A DNA stretch of 64,000 nt from Orbicella franksi (taxonomy: Eukaryota), in contig OZ116710.1 in the NCBI GenBank assembly GCA_964199315.1, positions 23,002,001-23,066,000 of the forward strand, written 5' to 3'. A program made the position numbers and the translations under genes. The notes beneath the pieces were generated by a model. That model searched no databases and had not been told where the DNA came from. It saw only the letters and a program-made list of their open reading frames with translations. Shown piece after piece: positions 38,801 to 51,699 of this stretch (position 1 is its first letter; each line of letters begins with the position of its first letter).

Positions 38801-40693
38801 GCTTAAAATTAAGGACATCTTCACCGCAAGAAGTATGGATCTCGAAAACGTCCCATTTTCAAAAATGCTCCGAAACTTAAGCTGCACATCCAGGATAGTT
38901 ATTGTAAATTTTCACAATTTTGAAGCGAAGTTAGAACTAAACAGTGTCTAGTACATTTCAAATACGTTTCTCGTTTCCATTTGTTGGTTCGAATATTAGA
39001 TCAATCTACGTCGTTGTTCTTATTACACGGCATGATTAACCTCCACCTCACCCGGTTTATGACCAATCGGAAGGAAGAAATTTCAAGTTTTTAGATGGCT
39101 AAAACGCCGTGAATAAACAACCATATCAAATTTTATATTTCAAATCCCAATTTGAGATCTTGTATAGATTTGATCAAGCCAAAGAAATATAATACAATTT
39201 CCATCAATTAAATATGCATACGTTTGCACCAGTTTTTTCGGAGCAAAAGTTTTCAGAAACGCGAAACAAATATTATGGCTGTCTTGGGCTTTGAAATAAC
39301 TTTCGAAAGAGATAGTTTTTGCATCAATCCGTTCGGTACTTTCCGAGAAATGACTTTCAAGCAGGTTAGAAATTTGAGTCTTGGCGCTTTGTGTTAATCA
39401 TTCATACAGGGGAATGACGTAAGTTCTATTAATTGTTTAACTTTGGAGAAGCATGTATAATTTTCCTGCCTTGTGAGCGCTTTGAAAATATTTCCAATGC
39501 TAACAGTATGGTATACATGTAGTTTATCTTAACCCCCCAGATTTTCAATTTCGTATTTTCTATAGTAGTCGCGACCCGATGACACTTGGCCATTGCCTGC
39601 GCGATCTTTGACAGCGTGATGCGAAGCTTAACATAGATCGAAAAAGATTATCATAAGGCACGGGGATGTGTGCTCTCACCTCATGCTTTAACCTAATTCA
39701 AACTTGCGCATGATACAATTTGGTAAATAGAAAATAATACATGGACGCGTCTGTCTTCAAGTTTCTATCAGTAAAACGATCACGGTGGGCGTTTGTCAAG
39801 TCACTTTGTACGTACTTGATATAAATTTTAAATTTAATTAATTATGAAGTGAATAAAAATCACATGAAGCAATACGTGACAATCGGCGCGCCTTGAGTTG
39901 CCTCAGGATGCGAGTTACATCGTTTATATAAGAAATAGTTTTCCCGCAAAATTCATAAGGGATTTAAAAAGAAGGTTGAAATGTTTAATTAGCACAATTA
40001 ACACTTTCTATTTAGCAGCGTGTCTACATTTGAAAAATGAAATAATACTTAAAATTTTTTGATTACATATATTTCTTCAAAAGACTGAGCACAACATTGA
40101 AAAAGTAGCTGATTAATTGTGCTCATATCTATAGTGTTATTAGTTCTATTTTTGACGTTGGTTGTGGGTTACAAGTCAGCAGTAGCATTCTTCATGCATT
40201 AGATATGTGTTTGTGTTCTGTTAAAACCAGTTTCTACTACTGAAAAGTATGACACGTGACTAAGTAAATAATACGTAACAATTATTGTACATACGAAAGC
40301 ATGATTTTAAAATAAACGGAATACGTACAAAGTAAAAAGTATGTTTTCCTTCTGTTATCTCCCAGAACTTGTATTTGCCTCTCAGCTGCCTTTAGAGCTG
40401 CCGGTTAATCGAACCACAAAACAAAACAACACTGTATAAAAAGCTCGATTTCAGCGCGGGCAGGTTCGTAAAACGCGATAAGCTCGAAAATAAAAAATAT
40501 ATATATCTATATGTATATGATTTTAACATTTTTAGCATCAAATTTTTGTTACAAAAGAAACAATTATCTTAAGACGGATTTTATAATTCAGTACTTTATC
40601 TTCTCACTAGACTGTTCAAACATTGAATAAGCGCGAAAATGAGAAGCGAACAGCAGGCTCATACTCGCGCGGTGAAGGGTCGTAGCATGAAGG

Positions 40694-40770
40694 CCATCTC
40701 GTTCCCAGGGTCTCTGAGCTTACCACTCCCCTGGGGGTGGTAAAATGAGAGACCCTGGGAATGAGGTTGG
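40694..40770. mobile_element. Short hairpin MITE
   Basis: CTCGTTCCCAGGGTCTCT / AGAGACCCTGGGAATGAG inverted arms. Confidence 0.7.
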
Positions 40771-41189
40771 CAGAAAGCAAGACCTAAGTGGAATGCACGT
40801 CATGACGTCACCGGAAATGATCTTCACTACTTGCCGCCGTACTGCCACCTAAGTATTAAAGGTGTGTAAGACGGTGTGTACAAATTCTCTTACATTTTGA
40901 AAATAGTGATCTGAAAATATATATGTATATCGTGAAGATATCATGAACTGGTTTTCACACATCATCCATCATGGCGGGAACATAGAGGCACGAAATATAG
41001 GGCAAATCAAAAAAACATTCGTCTCTGAAAATAATTCTGGGGGTGGGAGTGCTGGGCTTTGTCATTTAATTACTCATTGAAAGACCTCCTGTAGCGAAAC
41101 GTTTCTCGGAGCACGCTTTTAGTCCAAAGTGTAATCTTAGTGTTTCACTGCTCTTCACCATTATAAATCTTTCATCGAAGACGTTAAGC

Positions 41190-43229
41190 ATGGACCTGCG
41201 ATATTTTACCGATTTAAGGCAAGCTTCATCGGTAAGAGTAATAAATTGGCTTAAAAACCGATCTTTACTGGCAAATCCGCTCCACTGTGGAGGATGCAAC
41301 CAAGCCATTACAGTGGTTGAAAGATCGGATGTCCACGTCGACGGATACCAATGGTTAGTATAAAGAGAGGGTATATTAACTTAAGAGTTGTATAATTTAA
41401 ACCATTACTGAGCAGTAGGGCTGCAAGCACGCAGGAATGCTGGGTCCGTTTCTAGTGAGAGCATAAACCATGGCTATAGCGCGAGCTACAGAATGATTAT
41501 GCGGGAAAAAAAAGTCCGTAAGCAGTCTAAAGACATGCGGAATATGTACTTTATCTTAGTATATGCAAACCCGCGTCGATCGGACAGAGCATTCGAAATT
41601 CCAATAAAAAATCGTGAAGCGTGCTTCTTCTTTACCTGAATGATTTGAACTAGCGATTATACGTGGTCTGTTGAACGAAATGTAAAAAACATCGCTTGAT
41701 AGCCTGCTGCGAGCGTGGCACTATCACGCGCTTCATGTTCGCTCCTCTCGAGCTCTCCTTCTCACTTGCCATGTTGGATGGCAAGTCACGCAAGTTGGGT
41801 ATACTCGTATTATATGTTGAACCATAAATGCGAGCTTCATTATTCCATTGATATTTATCATACGTCATTTTCGGCTTCTAGTTTTTGAAATACAAAAATC
41901 TAAGGGAACGCAGATATAAGGAGCGTGTAAATTAAGAAAACAAACCACGACCGCACAGAGAAATACGGGCACAAAGTTTTGGCGCGTTCTCTTGACAAAA
42001 ATGGAGTAATAGTGCTGGGACTACTGGAGCAATATTGCGGGAAACGCATTCGTTGGGATTTCACACCTCTATCTCGAAGATCGTGTTTCGTTCTTGCAGG
42101 CTAACCGCATTGCTATTGTATAGCAAACGTCCAGAAGACGAGACTATGTCATATCTCGGATATGTCATTGCTAAAAACGCAGACTAAATAATTCTTCCCG
42201 GAACCCCATAGCAAATCTCTTACCCAAAACGCACTCCGTTTGAAGCTGTAGAGTGAGCCATTCCGCTTGGGCGTAGAAGATATGAGACCGAGAACTACTG
42301 TAGTAATATCCCTTTTAAATCTCTAATAGGGGCGTCCAAAGGAATTCTGAATTTGACACTGGTTCTATTCCTTTAGGAGATGCAGTACTTGCAGGAAGAA
42401 ACGAAGCATCAGAACTAACAGTTTTTTTTGCCAAGTGGCCAAAAATCCCATTGGGGGAACTTTTAATGATGATTTACTTCTGGTCCACGGACCAGAGTCG
42501 TAAATCCACCGCTAACATGATGTCCATGAATAACAACCTAGTCTGCACTGTTTTCCGAAGTTTGGAGGACGCATGTTCAGCGGACATCGCAACACACCCT
42601 TTTATTCCGTTTGGGGGAACAGCTGTCGTGAAGTGCGACGAAAGCAAATTCAATCACAAAGCAAAGGTTAGTTAGTATACATGTCTTGGTTGTGATATTG
42701 CTGCTTTGTCAAATTTGGTTGAATTCTTTGACAAATAGTTTCACTAATCAACAATCGTTAACTCTATTAGTATAACCGAGGAAGAAGAGCTCTCGACTTG
42801 TGGGTCTTTGGAGTCATTTCAACAGCCACGAGGCCTGCAAAGGGTTATTATGAAGTGGTGGCGAGTCGGGATCGTGCGACACTGTTGCCAATTCTTGCAA
42901 AATGTCTCCAACCAGGCAGTGAAGTGTACACCGATGACTGGGGGGCCTACAGAAACCTGGACCAACATCGGCCCAACCACGTCGCTCGACATCGCGTTGT
43001 TGTCCACGCAGATAACTTCGTGGACCCAGTAACTGGGGTTCACACTCAGGAAGCCGAATCTGCGTGGGCAAATTTGAAAGGCCCCCTCAAAGGACGGCGT
43101 GGTATCTCTCGCGATGATCTCCAGGCCTATCTGAACGACAGGATGTGGAGGCAATGGCGAGGACTGGATCGCATCATAACAAATTTTCTCCTGGCATTGT
43201 CTTCACAGTATAGAGACTATATTGTGTAA
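41190..43229 (+). mobile_element. Merlin (IS1016/ISXO2-like, DDE_Tnp_IS1595) transposase gene, 3 exons, single +1 frameshift
   Basis: Exons 41190-41353, 42377-42666 and 42771-43229 (both donors GTTAGT, tag acceptors, phases match). N-terminal WL..LLANPLHCGGC..DGYQW-RCSTC zinc ribbon; DDE triad in CDESKF / YTDDW / TQEAES. 913 nt = 303 aa once one T is removed from the T8 run at 42422-42429. Confidence 0.88.
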
Positions 43230-46200
43230 TACATACTTAATCACTGGTCCCGAGGGAAGCAGTTAGCTTTGTTTTCCCGAGAATGTCGATGTTTCCCGAG
43301 ACGAAGAGGGGAAGGGGATTGGGGGGGGGGGGGGGGGTGGTGTAGGGCGGGAAACCAAACAAACTTTTTCCTAAAGGACCGGTAATTAAGTGCTTTGTTA
43401 TATAGCTGGAGCCTGTGTCACAGTAGCCTGCGTGTGTTTACTATTTACTACTTACGTCTTGCGTCACAGCCGCCCTCCCCGAAAGAAAAAATCGGTGAGG
43501 AACCTCTACGTTTTTTTCCTTTCGGGAAGAGTGCCTGCGTTGCAGGCTACGTTTAGTGAAAAGTAATAAATCAAGTAGAAGAAAAAGTAACCTCTGGTTA
43601 GTGAGAGAGCGCGCAATAATTCTGTAATTGTAATTTTTAATTTACGGTAATTGTAACTGTAACTGTAATTACGTGACCCTAAATCAACCAATAAGAACAA
43701 GCGTGATATTCAAATTAACTCCAGCTATATAACAAGATGCACTTAATGGCTGGCCCCACTTGAAACAGAGTTTTGTTTCTCGTAGGTCAGTCATGAAGTA
43801 TTTGTTATACCTTCCAATTCAAAAATAGAATAAATCTAAAATGTACCTCATGCTTACTAGTTTTGGTTTGTTTAGTTCTAAGAACTTCATTGTTCTTAAT
43901 TCTGTACAATCCAAAGGTTGTTTTCAAGTTTTTCTCTTTTTTTTTTTGGTTGCTTTACTAGGGGATTAAGAGCTTTTTTGCTTAACTTCCTCTGTTATGA
44001 CTTGAAAGTGTTTCTTTGCCGTCACTACGACGAGCAAGTTATTAGCTTGACTGACGCACAAATTTGCCGGATCTTCAACACGTTCGAATTGAAAGTTCGA
44101 GTTGTTGTTTTTATAGGGCGAGAAAAATTACACGTGACATGTATTTGAGTTGGGAGGTATAACAATGAACTTTGTATTCCAGTTCATTACAGGATTAGTT
44201 ACCCTTAGCTATAACAAAAACATAAAGTGTTGCGAAAGCTTTTGAAGTTTATTGAAATGAAAATCAGTGGAACAAATTGATGCGCAGTAGAATAATTAAG
44301 CGTAGTAAATGCGATGTATTTTGCTCCGGATAACAGATAGATCGTGTTGCAGTTTGTACATACAATAATGCATACATTTTCCTTAAGATAATTTTTACAG
44401 CATATCGTCTGAAAGAAAGATGGGCCTACAATCTGCGACACAATAGCCCACACATTGCCGCTGAGATCACAATATTTTTATATTATTTTAGACTCGATTC
44501 CCTTAACTTTGACCGACTCTCCCCTGATAAATTAGTTTTTTCCTCATTTGTGCTTGTACAACATTGAATGTAGGAAAGGGTTGGAGTATTGTATTTCGAG
44601 GTGTGTTTGGTTTTAAAGTTCATTTTTGAGTTCGGCCTAAAAAGGTGCTTACTGAATTTTGTCGCAGATTGTACGTAGTGTCTAGGGAGTAATTCAAAAA
44701 TGTTTTATTGTTGTAATTTTTTAGTAAACAAAATATCTTGCAATTGGTGGAACAAAGCGTTTTAAATCGCCTGTATCGTTTTTAGCCGATAACAATGTGG
44801 TTCTCAGGGGCGTTACCCATCTGTTTATAAAAACCTATGACAATTTCGTATCAAGAGGAACAGCAAGATTTAATTTCACAGGCACAAGGAACCGGGCAAG
44901 CGTGTGAGAGCCTGCACGTGTGGCTTCAAGGTTAAGATTTTTTAAAGTTACAGTTTCTGGTTAGCATTTATATAGTTTGTAAGATTGCGAATAAAAACTT
45001 TTGCATAATATTTAAATTTTACAATTAACATTGCAATTAAAATCAAACTCAGTCTATTGATCGGGTTGTCAATTTACTGAAAAGAACTTGATAATTAACT
45101 AGCCTCCTTTCACGAACAAAAATGGTTTCACGAACGAGTCTCGATTTTTGAATAAGTCTCGTTTCCCGAACGAGTCTCGTTTTCCAAACGAGTCTCGTTT
45201 TTCCAAACGAGTCTCGTTATTCAAAACGAGTCTCGTTTTTCCAAACGAGTCTCGTTATTTCAAAAGAGTCTCGTTTTAACAAGTCTCGTTTTCCAAACAC
45301 TCCGAACGAGTCTTCCGACGAGTCTTCTTCTTTGAATAGTTTTCCGTCAAAACAAGTCTCGTTTTCCGAAAGTTTCAAGAACGAGCCTGGTTTTTTAAAC
45401 GAGTCACGTCTTCGTTGCATATCGAGCACACATTATATCGAGACGATTTTTGTCGAGTGCTATTAGCCTGGTTTACCAGAAACCGTGAGTGATCCGAAAG
45501 GAAGTGAATTTTTGATTACATAACAAATCGGAAATGTGACTTAATGCATCCTTTGCTAAAATAACAAACACACGTGGCGGAAGTGTCCAAAGAAATGGAA
45601 CGTGAAATGGAATGCAGAAGACGTCAGTTTGAATACTTAAAATTAAGTTGATCTTAATTTCCTCGTTAAACGCGCTTACCAAGAAAGTCAAAGTTTGTTG
45701 AGCGATTAATAGAAGGTTGCGATCTTTTGGTCAAATTAGTTGTGTTGATGTTGAACTCGCCTACATGTACCTCGATCGATAAAAGACTTTCGGAGAAACC
45801 CACAAACAAAGAGAAGCATTTCAAAGATGAAATGGCTTTATAGGAGTTTTAATAGCAAATGCTGAAAGATAAGAACAGAACTCGCTTAACTGCAAAGTTA
45901 GTAACGTGCGTCGATCAGCGATCGAAACACGGTTATGAAAATTGTGAACCGCTCGAAGGGCAAGAACGGTCCTGAACGGTCCGTGTTTGCTTTTAAACAT
46001 GACACTGTTAACCTTTCTTTCATGTATACAGCACCGTTCTACTGAAATGAAGTTAATGACTTCATTAATCGCGGCGTTTGGTGAAAGAAGCCACTGAGAT
46101 CGATCAGCAAAAGAAGCAATTTCAGCGTACAGGTCTGGACACCGCGGAAATCATGAACGATATGTTTTCGCTTGAAAACTGAAAAATGTGCAAGCGAAGC

Positions 46201-47201
46201 TTCGTCAGATCGCGCAAAGGTTTGCTGCGTTGTTGCTGCATTGTTTGCTTTACAATAGGCTATTAAAATCTCGCGAGAAGTTCAGGCAGCCGTACTTACA
46301 GTTTTTTCAAGCTCTCACGAGACGAGACTCTCGTCTCTGGAGACGAGACTCTCGTCTCGCGAGATGAGAATTTCGTCTCACTAGAAGGTGGTAACTTACT
46401 TTTGAGCGGTACTGTAGGTCTGTGAAAGGGGTTTCAGGCTAGAAGCTACATGTATATGAAAGGAAAGCCTTTCCTGTCAAAAGCACTGTAAAATGGATAG
46501 GTCTCTGACCTTGGGCCAAAGCCTCCTTGTACAAAACTTTGTTACTTCCCTTCCTCCTCTACATGGACATAGTTCTCTAGAAAAAACCGCTTATAAATTG
46601 TAATAAAAACATTCCCTTCACTTCAGGTTCATGATTGAAACAAAACTGTCTGAAATCATTTTTATAATATTGAAGGAAATACTTTTCTTCTATAGATTTC
46701 CTTTTTACCCGCAAGCTATAATCAAATTGTTTACGTTTGACTTAGTTGAAAGCAAACAAGATTTTGCCAATATCCATGTCTCACTTAGTGAAATTGGGAA
46801 AAATACTCTTGGCAGTCCTGGCATTCTCAAGTTGATTGTCTAAAATAAATTTCAAAATCATGTATGGTAATTTTTGCATACTAGTAATCATTCTTATACA
46901 GCTGTTTCGAAATGTTAACTGAACAAGGACCATAACTAATTTACCTTTACCCAAAATGCACTGCTGACTCATATACATAATTATATTGTCAATGTTGGAC
47001 TGACTGGTAAATATGGTGAACTCTTATTTAATGATTTCATTTTGAAACAGACTGTTGTTATTATTTGACACTACATCATGTACAAGTTAATATGATAAAA
47101 ATGTTCCAGTTCCAATCAAAATTAATTATTATCCATTTTAAAATTTATGAGCTGTCTGTGGAAACAACCTGTGAGTTGATTTTTGTATTTCTTTTCTATT
47201 T

Positions 47202-47450
47202 CGAGCAGTCTGGCCTCAAGCCCTGGCTGGGAACATTTTATCGTGTTCTTGAGCAAGACACAACTTTCACAGTGCCTCTTTCCACTCTGGGGTATAAATA
47301 AGTACCAGCAAATTTAATATTGCAGGGTAACCTGCTATGGACTAGCATCCCATCCAGGGGGAGTAGAAATACTCTTAGTTGCTTCGTGCTACAGAAACCG
47401 GGATAAGCTCCGGCCTGATGGGCCACTTGGCTCATATGCAGACTTTACTT
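47202..47450 (+). mobile_element. 5'-truncated tRNA-derived SINE with CORE-like central domain
   Basis: Degenerate B-box (ggcctcaagccctgg), GTGTTCTTGAGCAAGACAC...CACAGTGCCTCTTTCCAC core, CAGACTTTACTT 3' end. Confidence 0.7.
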
Positions 47451-48161
47451 CCACTTCGGAGTTGCTGTTTGCCTCTTTTAGAACGAATGCTTGTGCAAAA
47501 CATTTCACATAAATATGACTTGATTTTCAAGAGAATGAACATACAGGTGACATGCATTTTGATATGAATAGTTTTGCACAAAGACTTGTTTTGCCACAGA
47601 GGCAAAAGTCAACTATTCAACCATGAGCTGGCTCAGGGAGCCTTTGATTTTTCCCTCAAACCCCGTCTAGACCATCTACCCAGCCAAATTTTACAGACAA
47701 ATGTATGGATACTCCAGGAGTATTGAGGAAAGTCTTCCTGCAAAAAATGGATCGCTTCTTCGCATTGTTGGCCTTGTTTGACGTTTGTCTGAAATGCACC
47801 TTTAAGAAGATTGTCTTCCTTCCACGATGAAAACCTGTTATTCGCCATCTTCGAGAGAAGGGGCCTCTTGTTTACTCACCGTAAACAGGTTGAATGTATT
47901 TCAAGTTCCCGCCATTTTAAATCTCTTTACAATGCACGCAACGCATGCTGGTAGTGGTAGCTCTCGGCTGGGTTGAAAATTTTCATTTTATTTTACTTTG
48001 GTTTTATTTATTTTTTTTTTTGGATTTCAATTGATTTTACTTTCTCTTTTATTTAACTTAAAATTAGATATATAAATAAATTGGAAAAATAGAACAAAAT
48101 ATACAAATCAAAAGAAAAAATATTAACAAAAATAATAAAACAATTCTTCCTTCAAAATACG

Positions 48162-50310
48162 GGTAAGGTAAGGTAAGGTAAGGTAAGGTAATTTATTTTA
48201 CGTCAAGAACACGGGGAGCGGTTGCCCAAGCCTCCCGAGCCAGGGGCTCATGATAAAAGTGTTTGACATACATGTTAAAAAAAAGATTTAAAAACTATAT
48301 ATTAAAAAATACAAAATTATCATACTATTAATATCTTAAAAATATGCGTTAAAAATACAATATTAAAAAACGATAAAAATACAACATGTCTATAAAGGAA
48401 TCATTTAAGACAAGAACTGCATTGGCAGCCACCAAAGTTTGTTGTATTAAGATGATTGATAAAAGCTGGAACGTTTGCTGCATTTTTTGCTGCCGGCGGT
48501 AAGTGATTCCAAATTCTAGAGATGATATAAGAATACGAGCCGTGGAAGAATCTACTATTGAAAGGGCGTTGTTCTACGTTTAGCCCGCTGCTTCTAAGAT
48601 TGTATGGCGTGACCCGGGGCTTGAATAAGTTGGTGATATAACGTGGGCCATTTTCTTTAAAACACTTAAAAAATATTATAAGAGATTGTTCAATACGTCT
48701 ATGTTCTAGCGTTCTCATGCCCAGCAGTTTGAGTAATGACTCATAATTAGAAGTTTTCCCCGTGTTCATTACTGTTCGTAGACCGTAGTAGTTAGCGTCT
48801 TCCACTTTTTTGTTGAGCGTTTTACCTATACCAATCAGTAAAGAATTACAATACTCAAAATGCGGTATTACAAAGCTCCTGTATAAAAGTAATAAAGTAT
48901 CTATGGGTACTAAGCGCTTGAGGCGACGAAGTGCGGCAATCTTAGCGTATGCTCTTTTCAGCATTACATTTGTGTGTTCTTTGAAAGATAACTTATTGTC
49001 CAGACATACTCCAAGGATCTTTAAATGTTCTTTGATATCGATTAAGGTGCCATCAAACTCCAAATCGTAATTGTATGTTGAATTCCCAAGAATCATTGCT
49101 TGTGTCTTGTCCCCGTTGGCTTGAAGATAGTTGTAGTTAAGCCAGGTAGATAGTTTTTCCATGTCTTGATTTAAGACGTGTTGAAGCACAAGAGGACTTT
49201 CGTCCGCCATATATTCGGTTGTATCATCCGCGTAGATGCGGAGGGAAGAGACGGAAACAGATTCGTTCATGTCGTTCATAAAGATGTTAAACAGTAAGGG
49301 GCTAAGGAGACTTCCCTGCGGGACGCCGCACTGTAAAAGTGACCAGCTAGAGCACGTATTATTGCATATTACCCTTTGTTTACGGTCATGCAAAAATGAT
49401 CTTAAAAGTTGTAGGGCTGGTTCTTGCAAGCCATACGCTTTTAACTTTGCTAGCAGCAGATTGTGGCAAATGCAGTCGAAGGCCTTGGAGAGATCGATAG
49501 CAACTACACCCACTTCTTTTTTTTCATCAAGTGCGCGTCTCCAATCATCTGTTAATTTGATCAACGCTGTAGCGCAGGAGTGTCCCTTAAGAAAACCCGA
49601 CATGTTGGGCGAGAAAATTGGTGCAAAGGAGGCGTACATCTGGTCGAACAGCACTTTCTCAAATAGTTTGGAGATTGCAGAGATAACGCTGACTGGTCGG
49701 TAATTGTTTTTATCGGTCACATCGCCCTTCTTATGGATGGGGGTGACATTACTCATTTTCCATTCTTTGGGCAGAGTACTCGTGCGAATACAGTAATTAA
49801 ACAAAGACGTTAACGGAGTAGCCACGGCTATAGCGGAAAGTTTAACAATCTTTGGAGAGAAACCGTCGGGGCCAGTGGATTTCTTGGCATTCATTTTTAA
49901 TACGTAGTTGGTTACGGTTTCCTTGTTGATTTCCTTAAAAGCAAAGTCAAGGTTGTATGATTTGCTTTTAATTGCTGCTATGCTAGGATGGTCGCCGAAA
50001 TTCTGTTCCGTTAAGCTCAAGGCTGAGTCCTGTATTCTTGGATTTACAAAGAAGTCGTTAAATACGTTGCTGGGATTAGATACGAGTTTCCCATCATCCA
50101 GAAGATGGATGTTAGCTGTGCCATCAGTGTTAGATTTATTGTTCGGAAGAAGAGGTTTCATCTTTTTCCAGAATAAACCAGCAGATGATGTTCCTGAGGC
50201 TGCATCGGCGCAGAAATTTTTTACTGCTCTTCTCTTTAGACCTGTAACTCTGTTCCGTTGTTCTTTGTACTTACACCAGTTTGAATGGTTTTGGGTGGCA
50301 GTTCTTGCGG
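48162..50310 (-). mobile_element. Young 5'-truncated L2/Crack/Daphne-group LINE with (TTACC)n tail
   Basis: Uninterrupted RT frame; (GGTAA)6 at 48162-48191 on the + strand; endonuclease absent. Confidence 0.9.
48401..50161 (-). CDS. Non-LTR retrotransposon reverse transcriptase (C-terminal part of ORF2)
   Basis: KSTGPDG, NYRPVSVIS, DLSKAFD, GVPQGSLLSPLLF, YADDT. The frame stays open upstream to about 50317. Confidence 0.92.
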   Translation of the reverse strand: MKPLLPNNKSNTDGTANIHLLDDGKLVSNPSNVFNDFFVNPRIQDSALSLTEQNFGDHPSIAAIKSKSYNLDFAFKEINKETVTNYVLKMNAKKSTGPDGFSPKIVKLSAIAVATPLTSLFNYCIRTSTLPKEWKMSNVTPIHKKGDVTDKNNYRPVSVISAISKLFEKVLFDQMYASFAPIFSPNMSGFLKGHSCATALIKLTDDWRRALDEKKEVGVVAIDLSKAFDCICHNLLLAKLKAYGLQEPALQLLRSFLHDRKQRVICNNTCSSWSLLQCGVPQGSLLSPLLFNIFMNDMNESVSVSSLRIYADDTTEYMADESPLVLQHVLNQDMEKLSTWLNYNYLQANGDKTQAMILGNSTYNYDLEFDGTLIDIKEHLKILGVCLDNKLSFKEHTNVMLKRAYAKIAALRRLKRLVPIDTLLLLYRSFVIPHFEYCNSLLIGIGKTLNKKVEDANYYGLRTVMNTGKTSNYESLLKLLGMRTLEHRRIEQSLIIFFKCFKENGPRYITNLFKPRVTPYNLRSSGLNVEQRPFNSRFFHGSYSYIISRIWNHLPPAAKNAANVPAFINHLNTTNFGGCQCSSCLK

Positions 50311-51699
50311 ATGATATTCATATCTAAGTTGATTTGGATTTTAATAGAATCTTGGCGATTGCTACTTCTTGGCCACCATACAAGTCTCAAAACCTAAGTT
50401 TACTGTATAACACTGGTGCATTCTCTCAATAGGTGAGTAGAATAGTCTGTCTTTATCAACAGGGACTCCTCTTATACTACAGTATTCCACTCGTACTGAG
50501 TTGACAAGAAACAAATATGGTTGAATTGACTCGTGGTAGCTATTGTCTAGAGGGGTAAAAAATGCAATGATTGTTTTAATCTTTTTTGCAAAGCCTCAAT
50601 TGTTGCTCCAGGTTGTCCAATAAACACAACCCAAGTCTAATTATAAGGATTAGGTTGTACCCAATTGTGCACACTTGCCGGTTGATTATTCATGTGAACT
50701 GCCCAAGGATTTACTCGCTGAAAGATGTAGCTTCAAACTAAAAATGCTAAAACTGCAGTCGGGGATGGACATTGGTAATTTACATTGAAAGTTGTGTTTG
50801 ACCCTGATGTTATTAAAACAGAAAACAACATTTATAGCAACTTATAGAAATATGTTTGGACCGAACAACTTTGCTCATGCTACACCAGAAAAATGGAATG
50901 AGTTAATGCTAGCATTACAAATCATGTAAGTGACTTGTAAATACTTGGAATGTTGCTATGTTTGTTCCCACATTTCAGTATCTGGGAATACCAGGCCTCA
51001 AGAGACAGTCTCTTGTGCTAATCATGAGTCTTGTCCATGACAGTGGTGTGATATAGTGAATATCATGGTCAAACTTATTTGTGAGCTATGTGGTTGGTCT
51101 TCCATTAATGATGGATTTTACTTCGCTTGTTTATACCTTCATGATTAAGACATGTTCTTTGAGGAGTACTGTTATGACTTTCCATACTGTTCTTATACAT
51201 CTTTCGAACTCTCTTCTTTTGTGCATTGAGTCTGTAAAATATCCACTTGATGTCTTGTAGCAGATATCAGTGTTCTCAGGATGATTTTGCCTTGGGGAGT
51301 CCCAGGGCCCCCTCTGCTGAGAATTAAGGACCCTGTAAGAACATTAGGGGGACAAAAATACATGCGGTCCACAACCGGTGTGGAAAAATTCTTTCTAATT
51401 TCTCTGCCTTCCATTTCATCAAAGCACATTAAAAAAACATGCACTATGAATATCCCAAGCCTGCAGTCAAAATGGTCTATGACATGAAGTACTTACCTGA
51501 TCCAATATGGCAGACTAGGTGTCTAGGATTCAATGATGATGCATACATCAGTCTTTGCCACGTAGGTGGGACCAATGAAAGTAAAGGGAATAAAATTAAA
51601 GACTTTGAATCTTTTATCATGTTTTTTTATTCATTCGAACAAGCAAAATACTGGGTTGTTAGGTTGACCATTTAAACTACTTAATTATTGTAGACGTTC

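Larger units (their letters stand above)
34495..46414. mobile_element. 11.9-kb TA-flanked structure with 29-bp perfect TIRs and multi-kb diverged inverted arms (Tc1/mariner-type ends; composite or foldback-like)
   Basis: TA|CAGTACCGCTCAAAAGTAAGTTACCACCT at 34495 and its exact reverse complement ending at 46414|TA. Arms about 34495-37240 and about 44290-46414 share colinear blocks, including GAGACTCG arrays. Confidence 0.7.
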
